Assembly: GCA_046597055.1 (NCBI GenBank)
Contig: JBKJLC010000133.1
Coordinates: forward strand, 1-51,341
Direction: 5' to 3'
Origin: Kofleriaceae bacterium
GTDB lineage: Bacteria > Myxococcota_A > Polyangia > Haliangiales > Haliangiaceae
DNA length: 51,341 nucleotides
Shown one piece after another: positions 11,581-20,363 of this stretch. Positions within the stretch are counted from its first letter, which is position 1, and the number at the start of each line of letters is the position of its first letter. The translations under genes and the position numbers were made by a program. The notes under the pieces are model-generated. The model was not told the DNA's origin and did no database searches. It saw nothing but the letters and a program-made list of their open reading frames with translations.

Positions 11581-12753
11581 TCAGGCCCGCAGGACGATCT
11601 TCATCACGTCATCCTGCTTGTGCATGAACATGTCGTAGCCCTCCGGAGTCTGGTCGAGGTTCATGTGGTGCGAGACGACGAAGCTGGGGTCGATCTCGCC
11701 GCGCTCGATGCGCTCGAGCAGCGGCTTCATGTAGCGGTGCACGTGGCACTGCCCGGTCTTGATCGTGATACCCCGGTTCATGAGCGGCCCGAGCGGGAAC
11801 TTGTCGACGTAGCCGGCGTAGACGCCGAGGATCGACACGATGCCGGCGCTGCGCACCGCCAGGATCGCGTCGCGCACCGCCATCGGCCGGTCGAAGGCCA
11901 TCTTGGTCGATTGCTTGACCTTGTCGTAGGCGAACTGCAGGCCGTGACCATGGGCCTCGGCGCCGACGGCGTCGATGCAGGCATCCGGTCCGCGTCCGCC
12001 GGTGAGCTCCTCCAGCGCCTCGTGCACGTCGTAGTCCGAGTAGTTGATGACGTCGGTCGCGCCCGCCTTTTCCATCGCCATCTTCAGGCGATACGGGAAC
12101 CGATCGATCGCGATCACGCGCTCGGCGCCCAGCAGGCGCGCGCTGGCGATGGCGAACTGTCCGACCGGACCGGCGCCGAACACCGCGACGACCTTGCGCG
12201 GCGTGATCTCGCAGAACTCGGCGCCCATGTAGCCGGTCGGAAAGATGTCGGACAGGAACAGCACCTGCTCGTCGGTCAGGTTGGACGGGACCTTGAGCGG
12301 GCCGACATCGGCGAACGGCACCCGGACGTACTCGGCCTGGCCGCCGGCAAAGCCGCCGGTGAGGTGGGAGAACCCGAAGGCACCGCAGGTGGCGTGGCCC
12401 ATCAGCTTCTCGGGCATCCACGAATTCGGGTTCGAGTTCTCGCAGCACGAGAAGTTCTTCATCTCGCACGACTCGCAGCCGCCGCAGGCGATCGCGAACG
12501 GCACCACCACCCGGTCGCCGACCTTGAGGTTCTTGACGCCCCGGCCCAGCTCCATGACCTCGCCCATGAACTCGTGGCCGAGGATGTCGCCGCGCTGCAT
12601 GCCCGGCATGAACCCGTTGTAGAGATGCAGATCCGAGCCGCAGATCGTGGTCGCGGTGATGCGGATGATCGCGTCGCGCGCGTTCAGGATCTGCGGGTCG
12701 GGCACGTGCACGACCTCGACCTGCTGCTTGCCCATCCAGACGTTCGCTCTCAT
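11581..12753 (-). CDS. Zn-dependent alcohol dehydrogenase, formaldehyde-dehydrogenase-like (YbdR-like)
   Basis: ICGSDLH, GHEFMG, CGGCESC...C structural Zn, GGQAEYVRVP, LSDIFPTG, GAGPVG. Confidence 0.92.
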   Translation of the reverse strand: MRANVWMGKQQVEVVHVPDPQILNARDAIIRITATTICGSDLHLYNGFMPGMQRGDILGHEFMGEVMELGRGVKNLKVGDRVVVPFAIACGGCESCEMKNFSCCENSNPNSWMPEKLMGHATCGAFGFSHLTGGFAGGQAEYVRVPFADVGPLKVPSNLTDEQVLFLSDIFPTGYMGAEFCEITPRKVVAVFGAGPVGQFAIASARLLGAERVIAIDRFPYRLKMAMEKAGATDVINYSDYDVHEALEELTGGRGPDACIDAVGAEAHGHGLQFAYDKVKQSTKMAFDRPMAVRDAILAVRSAGIVSILGVYAGYVDKFPLGPLMNRGITIKTGQCHVHRYMKPLLERIERGEIDPSFVVSHHMNLDQTPEGYDMFMHKQDDVMKIVLRA

Positions 12754-13718
12754 GACAGGACTCCTGCGTGGTTGGCTTCGCCGCTCTCCGCGGCGCGGGC
12801 GGCGGCGTGCTCGGCGCCGTCGGGGGATGGCTGGGCCGGATGCTTGCCGCGATGCGAGCTGGCGTCGGAGAACAGCACCTCGCCGGTCTCCATGACCTGC
12901 TTGAGCCGTCGCAGATCACCCTTCACCTGCGACCGGGTCAGGAGCCGGGCCAGGGCCGGGCTCGCGCCGACGCCGCCCAGGCCGATCTCCCACTCGACCC
13001 GGACCTCGGTGCCATTGCGGCCCGGCGTCTTCGCGAAGGTCACCTTGCCGCGGTGGGCGATGACCGAACCCGCGACCGTGCGCCAGGCCAGCACCTCACC
13101 CGAGCGATCCTCGGTGATCTCCGCATCCCACGTGGTGGTGCCCGCGATCGGCAGCTTCGCCACCCAGTGACTGCGGGTGAGGCTGCGCTCCTCGACCGAC
13201 TCGAGGTAGTCCATGAACAGCGGCAGGTTCGAGAGCTTCCGATAGAAGGCGTAGACCTCTGGCGGCGGCTTGTTGATCGTCACCGTGAAGATGAGCGGGG
13301 CTTCCGCGGGCTGGGCCGCCGCCAGCGTCCGGCTGGTGTAGATCTCGAGCGCGGCGACGCCGGCGACCGCAGCGGCCGTGGTCGCCAGGCGCGCGTTGCT
13401 GCTGCCCTTCGACGACGAAGCCAGCGCGAGCAGGCCCAGGTCCATCACATCGCCGGCCACGCGCGCCCACAGGGGCAGGGTGCGCCGGGGCCGGAGCAGG
13501 ACCGCGAGTCCTGAGACGACCTCGCGGACGCCAGCCGCGCGCAGGGCGAGCGACGTGCGGGTGCCAGGCTCGGCCCCGATGACGCGGGCGAGCAGTCCGG
13601 GGAGCGCGAGCTCGGCGAGGCCGACGCCGACCCCGAACCAGCCGAGCCCGCGCCCGAGCTGGTCGATGGGAGCCTCGTCGCGTCCGGGGTCGGTCATGTG
13701 GAACGATGGAGCGTCCAT
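12750..13718 (-). CDS. SRPBCC/cyclase-dehydrase family protein with N-terminal hydrophobic region
   Basis: RGLGWF, WARVAGD, VTINKPPPEVYAFYR..NLPLFM, SHW, WDAEI, GTEVRV, DLRRLKQVMETGE; translationally coupled to the dehydrogenase. Confidence 0.85.
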   Translation of the reverse strand: MDAPSFHMTDPGRDEAPIDQLGRGLGWFGVGVGLAELALPGLLARVIGAEPGTRTSLALRAAGVREVVSGLAVLLRPRRTLPLWARVAGDVMDLGLLALASSSKGSSNARLATTAAAVAGVAALEIYTSRTLAAAQPAEAPLIFTVTINKPPPEVYAFYRKLSNLPLFMDYLESVEERSLTRSHWVAKLPIAGTTTWDAEITEDRSGEVLAWRTVAGSVIAHRGKVTFAKTPGRNGTEVRVEWEIGLGGVGASPALARLLTRSQVKGDLRRLKQVMETGEVLFSDASSHRGKHPAQPSPDGAEHAAARAAESGEANHAGVLS

Positions 13719-13795
13719 GGCGGTGCTTTCCTTCTTCCCCGAGCGCGCGTCCGCGGTGGGCGTACGCGCGACACCGAGGGTGATGGCGTTCGCAC

Positions 13796-13811
13796 TGCGA
13801 TGTATGTGCCA
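13796..13811 (-). promoter_or_regulatory. Putative sigma54 promoter for SRPBCC-dehydrogenase operon
   Basis: Minus strand TGGCACATACATCGCA = GG-N10-GC with TGGCAC -24 box. Confidence 0.65.
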
Positions 13812-13945
13812 CGCGTAAGCTTTCGCAATCACGACGGGCCAACGTGCGTCGCGTGCGGTCGAGACGCATCGCCCGAGCGCCCGCGAACCAGGCGCACATG
13901 GCTGGCGTCGATTCTCCCGCGGCGGGGAAGGGCATTGACCGTGAT

Positions 13946-14761
13946 CTACGGGGAGCCGCGGGTCAGCATGCGCGGGAGTCCGAACCCGGTCGCCTCGCAT
14001 CGCGCGACGTGCGGCAACGCCTCATCCAGGCCGTTCAGGGCCGCCTTGCGGTAGAGCACGTAGGCGCGCTCGGGCATGATCGGCACGACGAGGCCGAGTT
14101 CGTGACAGCGCGCGAGATCGAGCTGGGCCTCCGGGTACTGGCGCAGCGCCGCCTGTTCGTACCAGTACGCGGCGCGCTCGATGCGCTGACGGCGACCGGC
14201 GCCGTCCTCGTAGCAGCGGCCGAGTCGGTGCATCGCGCGTTCGTCGTCGAGACGCGCGCCGCGCAGGTAGGCCCGGGCCGCGCCGTCGAGCTCGCCGCGC
14301 TCGGTCAGCAGCTCGCCATGGAGCAGGTGCCCGACCCGCTCGTTGTTGCGGCCGGCGCGCGCCGCCCAGCGGAGCGCGGCGTCGGTGTCCACGCGGCCGC
14401 CGATGCCGTCGCGCAGGCACATCGCGTAGCGCGCCTGCGCCAGCGGCTGGCCGGCGTGCGCCGCGCGCCGGTACCAGCGCCGCGCATGCGGGGCCGAAGC
14501 CGCGACCCCGCGGCCGGCCAGGTAACAATCGCCCAGGTAGAGCTGGGCGTCCTCGATCGCCGCGGTCGCGGCCCGATACAGCCAGCGCGCGGCGCGCACG
14601 TCGTCCTGACCGACGCCGCGGCCACGCAGGTACGCCAGGCCCAGCTCGTGAGCGGCGCGGGCCTCGCCGGCGTCCGCCGCCACCCGGAACCAGCGCGCCG
14701 CCAGCCGGTGCTGACCGCGCGCCTGATGGCGCGTCGTGCGCGCCGCTGCATCGGTGCCCAT
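13946..14761 (-). CDS. Sel1-like repeat protein
   Basis: About six repeats of A...LG..Y..G.GV..D...A..WY..AA..G; no obvious signal peptide. Confidence 0.9.
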   Translation of the reverse strand: MGTDAAARTTRHQARGQHRLAARWFRVAADAGEARAAHELGLAYLRGRGVGQDDVRAARWLYRAATAAIEDAQLYLGDCYLAGRGVAASAPHARRWYRRAAHAGQPLAQARYAMCLRDGIGGRVDTDAALRWAARAGRNNERVGHLLHGELLTERGELDGAARAYLRGARLDDERAMHRLGRCYEDGAGRRQRIERAAYWYEQAALRQYPEAQLDLARCHELGLVVPIMPERAYVLYRKAALNGLDEALPHVARCEATGFGLPRMLTRGSP

Positions 14762-14764
14762 GGC

Positions 14765-14929
14765 TCAGTAGATGACCGTGCGCTTGACCGACGCGCTCCA
14801 CGTCTTGGACGGGCACAGGAGGGTGAGTACACCGCCGACGACCGGCTTCATCTCGTCTGAGGTCAGCGTGCGAAGGGTCTCGGTGATCAGGTCGAGCTTG
14901 TTCGTGGGGCGGGGCGTGTTTTTGTGCAT
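14765..14929 (-). CDS. 54-aa double-glycine-leader peptide (putative RiPP/bacteriocin-like precursor)
   Basis: MHKNTPRPTNKLDLITETLRTLTSDEMKPVVGG|VLTLLCPSKTWSASVKRTVIY; leader resembles KL.L..ETLR.L...E...V.GG; own sigma54-type promoter; stop 3 bp before Sel1 ATG. Confidence 0.7.
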   Translation of the reverse strand: MHKNTPRPTNKLDLITETLRTLTSDEMKPVVGGVLTLLCPSKTWSASVKRTVIY

Positions 14930-14941
14930 GTCATCCCGTTC

Positions 14942-14957
14942 AGCACGTCGCGTGCCG
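14942..14957 (-). promoter_or_regulatory. Putative sigma54 promoter for peptide-Sel1 pair
   Basis: Minus strand CGGCACGCGACGTGCT = GG-N10-GC. Confidence 0.6.
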
Positions 14958-15233
14958 CACCCAACTGCCTGATCTCCGTGGCGCGTGGGCCCGTCCTTCC
15001 GACACGCCGCCAGACCTGTGTCGACACGTGACGATCGCCGGCGTCGCTCGGTGCGGAACCCGGGCCGACGGCGGTCGAATAGCCATTCGAGCCAGTGGCT
15101 GCCACTGGCTGCCATTCTCTGATGGCAGGCTCGCCCCCCTCGCTGGCGCCCGCGCTTGCCGTGCTGCGCGCACCGTGATGGGATCGAGCGCGCTCGGTCG
15201 AGCGGTTCACGTGTCACTCGTCGGTGGGGCCCC

Positions 15234-16601
15234 ATGCGCTTTGTCCCGTTCGGTCTGCTCCTGCTCGGTTCGCTCGCGGTCGGCTGCACGAAGGTCGACC
15301 CGTACACCTGCGAGGACTCGTCCGACTGCAGGGCCGGCTACTGTGGCGCCGACAAGTTCTGCCATGCCGGTGACGACCCCGATGCCGACGCGGGCCCCGA
15401 CGCCACCGACGCGTTCGTCGGCGGCCGGGACGAGTGCATGGAGGGGCCCCGACTGGCGGCGAACGCCAGCGCCTGCGCCGCCAGCGTGTGTGCGGTCGAG
15501 GCCGACTGCTGTGCGGTTGGCTGGACCCACACCTGCGTGCAACGGGTGGAGACGCTGTGCGAGCGCAGCTGCAGCGCGGTGGCGCTGCTGTCGCACGCCG
15601 GGGGCGTCACCGGGGTCAACGCGGATGGCTCGACGGCCATCCCGGTCGATCTCCGAGGCTTCAATGGCTTCATGGCGACCGCCACGGACCACGATGGCGA
15701 TGGCGACGTCGCGCTCGTGTACGTCGGTGCCGACTTCTGGGCGATCCGCGACCGCGACCGCAGCGGCCAGTGGGTCGACGTGGGCCGTGGGACGCTCGAT
15801 CGCTGGTACGGACGCCACATCGGCTGGGCGGACTGGGATGGCGACGGGGATCTCGACCTCGCGGTTGGCGGTCGCTCCGGTGGGATGTACCTGATCCGTC
15901 GCGACGCGGGCGTGGACGGCGGGAAGGACCAGTTCGTGCGGCTGGCGAGCCCGCTGCTCGACGACGATGTCCTGCAGTTCGACTGGGGCGACGTCGACGG
16001 CGATCGCGACGTCGATCTGGTCGTCGGTACGTACCCGCTCGGCCAGATCCGCCTTCACATCAACGACGGTCACGGCGTCTTCTCGGTCAGCTCGCCAGGA
16101 CGTCCGACGTTCCAGGCCAGCGAGGGCGTGCGACTGTGCAACCTCACCGGGTCGGCGCTGCCCGAGCTGGTGACGTCGCACGGCACGGCGGTGCGCATCT
16201 ACGCCAACAACAACGGCAGCTTCTCGACGACCCCGCTGCTCGCAGCCGACGGCGTGGAGTCGATCGAGACGCACTGCGGTGACTTCGACCGCGATGGTGA
16301 CCTCGACGTCGTCGTCGCCGGGCTAGATACGCCGATCCGCATCTTCCGCAACGACGGGGGGACGTTCGCAATCACGGCGGCGTGGGCGAGCCCCAACGTG
16401 TTCGCATGGGGCCTCGACGTCGGCGACATCGACGGTGACCACCTCCCCGATCTTGCGGTGTCGCAGCCCTTCGGGGCGCCGCTCTGGTACCGCAACACGA
16501 CGGCGTCGCCGACCGCGCCGGTCACGTTCGCCGGATCGGAGGTTCTGGTCGATCCAGACGCCGGCGAGCGCCACGGCATCGACTTGATCCCGGCCCTGTA
16601 G
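15234..16601 (+). CDS. FG-GAP/VCBS-repeat lipoprotein with Cys-rich N-terminal modules
   Basis: Lipobox LAVGC; Cys-rich segments; repeated DxDGDGDxD motifs (DWDGDGDLD, DVDGDRDVD, DFDRDGDLD, DIDGDHLPD). Confidence 0.85.
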   Translation: MRFVPFGLLLLGSLAVGCTKVDPYTCEDSSDCRAGYCGADKFCHAGDDPDADAGPDATDAFVGGRDECMEGPRLAANASACAASVCAVEADCCAVGWTHTCVQRVETLCERSCSAVALLSHAGGVTGVNADGSTAIPVDLRGFNGFMATATDHDGDGDVALVYVGADFWAIRDRDRSGQWVDVGRGTLDRWYGRHIGWADWDGDGDLDLAVGGRSGGMYLIRRDAGVDGGKDQFVRLASPLLDDDVLQFDWGDVDGDRDVDLVVGTYPLGQIRLHINDGHGVFSVSSPGRPTFQASEGVRLCNLTGSALPELVTSHGTAVRIYANNNGSFSTTPLLAADGVESIETHCGDFDRDGDLDVVVAGLDTPIRIFRNDGGTFAITAAWASPNVFAWGLDVGDIDGDHLPDLAVSQPFGAPLWYRNTTASPTAPVTFAGSEVLVDPDAGERHGIDLIPAL

Positions 16602-16672
16602 GTGGTTGCTGGCTGCTGCCCGATGCAGCCTGCCTGGCGCGCGGGTCAGCCGCGAGCCTGCCGCCGCGGTGA

Positions 16673-18223
16673 CTACCGGCGTCGGCGCCGGCGCACGCCG
16701 ACGACCACCAGCACCGAGGCCAGCACCGCGGCGTGACCGGCGCCGGGCTCGCTGACGCGGCAGTCGCAGCCTTCGTCAGGCGGCACGTAATCGCTGCCGT
16801 CGCCGCTGCCGCCGCCGGGCCCGGCGTCGACGGCTGCGCCCGGCCCGCCGGGGCCGACCGGGGTCCCGACCAGCGCCTCGGCCAGCTCGTTGATGTAGTC
16901 CTCGATCGCGGTGTAGCCCGACGCCGTCACCGTCGCGTGATCGCCGGGGCGGGTCGGGTCGAGCCCGTGGGCTGACTCCCATGCGTCGGCCATGCCGTCG
17001 CGGTCGGCATCGGCCGGCGCGACGCCGGGCGTCAGCCCCGCCAGCAGGTCGGCCGGGGGCCGCGCGCCCCACGCGCCGGTGCGCTGTTCGACCTCGGCGA
17101 TCGTGCGCCGCGTGACCGCGTCGCGCGGGAACGCGCCGGACCGCTCGAGCACCAGCGCCGCGCCCTCGCCGGGCGGGTGGGTCGTGACCGCGACGTGGCC
17201 GGGGTTGCCGGCCGTGAAGTTGGCCGGCGTGTCGATCGCGTACGGTGCGCCCTCGGCGTCCTCGAAGGTCGGGTGCGCGTAGGGCGGCGTCCAGATCGCG
17301 TCGACCTCACCGACGAACACACCGGGATCGTCGATGACGTTGTCGCGCAGGTACAGCCGGGTGCCGCCCGGCGCCTCGTCGTCGAAGTAGAACGGGAACA
17401 GGTTGGCCGACGGCCCGTCGCGGTAGGTGTTGCCGACGATGTGAAACTCGCCGACCGCGGGGTTGTTGTGGATGAAGCCCTGGCGCACGTCGTACACGAG
17501 CGTGTTGATCACCTCGGCCGGGCCGGTCGCGATCGCGGGGCACCGGTAGTAGTGGTGCGCGCACAGCGTGTGGTGGACCGAGATGCGGCCGCCATCCGGG
17601 CCGTTGATCATGCCGTAGTTGTGGCGGCCCTCGGGATGACCCGCGGTCGACGACTCCTCGATCGTGACCCACTGCAGCGTGACGTCGGTCGCCTCGTAGA
17701 TGTCGATCGCCTCGTCGCTCGACCACGACACCGTCACGTGGTCGAGGATCAGCCGCGACTGCCGCGACAGCTGGATCGCATCGTACTGGGGCCCGAGGCT
17801 GGCGTCGGTCGCGGTCAGCGGCGGCGGGCGCACCCGCAGGTGGCGGATGATGATGTTGCCCACGCTGGCGTCGTACTCGCCGATCAGCCGGCCGTGGATC
17901 GTGATGCCGGCGCCGGGCGCGGTCTGGCCCGCGATCGTCACGTCGCCGCAGGGCAGATCGACATCACCCTCGATCACGCCGCTGACGCGGAACACGACGA
18001 TCCGTGGGGCGCACACCGCGAGCGCCGCGGCCAGCGAGCCGGGCCCCGATCGGTTCAGGTTGTCGACGATGATGACCTGGCCACCGCGGCCGCCGGTCGC
18101 GACCGCGCCGAACCCCTGGGCGCCAGGAAACGCGGCCAGCTGGGCGTGCGCGACGCCGGCGCCGCCGAGCAGCGCGGCGGCCAGGACCAGGGACCCGACG
18201 TGAGCGCGGCGGTCGTGCAGCAT
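16673..18223 (-). CDS. Pectate lyase (PL1-like) with MYXO-CTERM-type tail
   Basis: AFPGAQGFG...TGGRGG, GPGSL, RIVVFRVSG, TIAGQTAPG.GI, LDHVTVSWSSDE, DADRDGMADAWE; tail EGCDCRV + hydrophobic + RRRRRR. Confidence 0.88.
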   Translation of the reverse strand: MLHDRRAHVGSLVLAAALLGGAGVAHAQLAAFPGAQGFGAVATGGRGGQVIIVDNLNRSGPGSLAAALAVCAPRIVVFRVSGVIEGDVDLPCGDVTIAGQTAPGAGITIHGRLIGEYDASVGNIIIRHLRVRPPPLTATDASLGPQYDAIQLSRQSRLILDHVTVSWSSDEAIDIYEATDVTLQWVTIEESSTAGHPEGRHNYGMINGPDGGRISVHHTLCAHHYYRCPAIATGPAEVINTLVYDVRQGFIHNNPAVGEFHIVGNTYRDGPSANLFPFYFDDEAPGGTRLYLRDNVIDDPGVFVGEVDAIWTPPYAHPTFEDAEGAPYAIDTPANFTAGNPGHVAVTTHPPGEGAALVLERSGAFPRDAVTRRTIAEVEQRTGAWGARPPADLLAGLTPGVAPADADRDGMADAWESAHGLDPTRPGDHATVTASGYTAIEDYINELAEALVGTPVGPGGPGAAVDAGPGGGSGDGSDYVPPDEGCDCRVSEPGAGHAAVLASVLVVVGVRRRRRR

Positions 18224-18333
18224 CCCTCGACGGTCCGCCATGTCGGCTGGTGCGTCAACGGACACCTCGGGGGCAGCGTGGCAAAGACGGGCGCAGCTCA
18301 GCCCGCGCCGCCGCGGCTGACGCCCGCACGACG

Positions 18334-18508
18334 TTCCGGTGTCCCTGCGCGAAGGGCTCGTTGCGAGCCCGAGGTCGAAGGGTGAGGCTCAGGACCCTGC
18401 ACATCTTTCCGGTGTCCCTGCGCGAAGGGCTCGTTGCGAGCCCGAAGTCGAAGGAGGCGCGTCTTCCCCTCTTCCCCTCGACGCGGCGCTGCGCGCTTCG
18501 CTCAGGAC
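18334..18508. repeat. Intergenic REP-like palindromic element with two 48-bp direct repeats
   Basis: 18334-18381 and 18407-18454 differ at one base, each with hairpin GGGCTCG-TTG-CGAGCCC; a downstream CCCTCGAC...CTTCGCTCAGGAC arm is complementary to the repeat. Confidence 0.8.
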
Positions 18509-18521
18509 CGGGGGCGCCCGC

Positions 18522-20243
18522 TCACAGCGGGCTGATGCGCAGCCACGAGGCGCGGTCGTTCATGGCGGGGCCGACGAACGACACCCAGCCGGTGTAGGTC
18601 TGGCAGGGCGCGGCGCCGCTGGCGTGGGCGCACACGGTGGCCTGGTAACCGGGGGCCACCACCAGCGAGCTGATGGTGTCGTTGCCGACCGAGGTCATCG
18701 CGGTCGACGTGAAGGTGCCGACCGGGAACGCCTGGGCGGTGCCCGCGAAGTCGATGTGGCGGTAGACGGTCGCGCCCGGGCGGACCTGGACGCTCGAGGT
18801 GGTCGCGTTGAGCGGCGAGCCGAGGTCGGAGACCCGGCCCCAGTACTCCTTGCAGGTGCCCCAGGCGCCGTTCTCCGAGCACACGCGGATGTTCAGCCCG
18901 GGCGCCGCGATCAGCGCGCTGGCCGAGTCGTTGCCGACGCCGGCGGCGAGCACGGTCGAGCCGTGGGTGCCCTCGCCGAGCGTCTGCGCGACGCCGCCGA
19001 AGCCGACGTTCTGGTAGAGCGTCACCGCCGGCAGCACCCGGAGGTGCGACGCCAGGTTGTCGAACGAGCCGAGCGTGCTGCGGCTCGCGGTCAGCGTGGT
19101 GCAGGTCCCGCCGGTCGCGGTATCGCAGAGCCGCGCGAGGTAGCCGGGCTTGACGCGGACCGAGGAGATCGTGTTGTCACCGACGACGCTCAGCGCAGCG
19201 CCGGCCCAGGTGCCAGCCGGGAACCCCTGCGAGGTCCCGCCGTAGCTGCCGTCGCGGTACGCGGTGACGACGTGGTCGTTGCCCCAGCACACGTCGTAGT
19301 GCGCGGGCAGGCCGACCGCGCTGCCGATGTCGTTGAAGCAGCTCGAGCCGAGCTCGCACTGGCTGGTCGCGTCGCAGTCGCCCTCGGCCGGCGCGCACGG
19401 GCACAGCGCGTCGTTGCAGAACTCGCTCGGCGCGCGGCCCGGCTCGAAGTACGGGCACGCCTCGTCGGCGATCCAGTCGGTGGCGGCGAAGGTCGCGTCG
19501 TAGGCCGCGTTGCCGGCGTTGACGCCGACCGACGCGACGCCGGCGACGTGGTTGTCGGCATTGATGACCGGTCCCCCCGAGTCGCCCGGGCAGGTCATGA
19601 CCGTGTTGTCGACGAAGAACAGCGTCGCGCCGGCGCGCGGGTCGTCGTAGTGGTCGGGCGCCTCGTAGATGTCATCGAGGGCGAGCGCGCCGCGCCGCTT
19701 GGTGCCGTACGCGGTCTCGCAGCTCGCGCCGGACCGGCCGTAGCCGACCAGCGTGTGCACGTCACCGATCGCGGGACGGTCGACCTCGACCTGGACCGGG
19801 GCCACCGCCACCTCGTCGGAGGCGTGGCGATCGAGCCGGAGCACGGCGTAGTCGTTCGTGTTCCAGCCGAACTCGGAGAAGTGAGGATGCGGCTTGACCG
19901 TCGCGGTGATCGTCCGGTTCGAGCGGGTGGTGCGCTCGTCGAAGCTGGTCGCGGGATCGTCGTAGACGCCGAACACGTTCTCGAACGTCACCGTCGTGGT
20001 CGTGCCACAGACCGCGGGGACCGCGTCGTTGCATACGCAGTGGGCGGCGGTGAGCACGGCGGTGTCGGTGACCAGCGTCGCGGTGCAGCCAGGGATGCGG
20101 ACCACCGCCTCGAGCTCGCCGACCGGGACGACGGTGCCGCCCTTGAGCTCCGACGCCTGCGCGCCCAGCGCGGGATCGTCATCGAGCCCGCAGGCTCCGA
20201 GCAGCATCACGCCGAGTAGACCCAGACCTCGTAGCTTGTTCAT
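18522..20243 (-). CDS. Trypsin-like (S1) serine protease lipoprotein with C-terminal beta/gamma-crystallin repeats
   Basis: Lipobox LLGAC; LTAAHC, NDYAVLRL, GDSGGP triad; three repeats such as VTAYRDGSYGG..DNTISSVRV, TLYQNVGFGG..NDSASAL, VYRHIDFAG..NDTISSLVV. Confidence 0.88.
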   Translation of the reverse strand: MNKLRGLGLLGVMLLGACGLDDDPALGAQASELKGGTVVPVGELEAVVRIPGCTATLVTDTAVLTAAHCVCNDAVPAVCGTTTTVTFENVFGVYDDPATSFDERTTRSNRTITATVKPHPHFSEFGWNTNDYAVLRLDRHASDEVAVAPVQVEVDRPAIGDVHTLVGYGRSGASCETAYGTKRRGALALDDIYEAPDHYDDPRAGATLFFVDNTVMTCPGDSGGPVINADNHVAGVASVGVNAGNAAYDATFAATDWIADEACPYFEPGRAPSEFCNDALCPCAPAEGDCDATSQCELGSSCFNDIGSAVGLPAHYDVCWGNDHVVTAYRDGSYGGTSQGFPAGTWAGAALSVVGDNTISSVRVKPGYLARLCDTATGGTCTTLTASRSTLGSFDNLASHLRVLPAVTLYQNVGFGGVAQTLGEGTHGSTVLAAGVGNDSASALIAAPGLNIRVCSENGAWGTCKEYWGRVSDLGSPLNATTSSVQVRPGATVYRHIDFAGTAQAFPVGTFTSTAMTSVGNDTISSLVVAPGYQATVCAHASGAAPCQTYTGWVSFVGPAMNDRASWLRISPL

Positions 20244-20256
20244 GCGCACGGCCGAT

Positions 20257-20272
20257 TGCAGCAGCCGTGCCG
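20257..20272 (-). promoter_or_regulatory. Putative sigma54 promoter for protease gene
   Basis: Minus strand CGGCACGGCTGCTGCA = GG-N10-GC. Confidence 0.6.
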
Positions 20273-20363
20273 GTCGCGACGTACGTGATGTGAGCCGGTT
20301 GCGTGCGTCGCCGGGCATCGCCCAGGCGAATCGATCAGGCAGTTTGTCTGGACTACGCTGCGG

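Noticed and set aside
18334..18454. Palindromic direct repeats read as a mini-CRISPR array
   Set aside because: Only two 48-bp units with a 25-bp gap, no cas genes, and the gap sequence itself recurs at 37111-37140, which fits a REP-like element better
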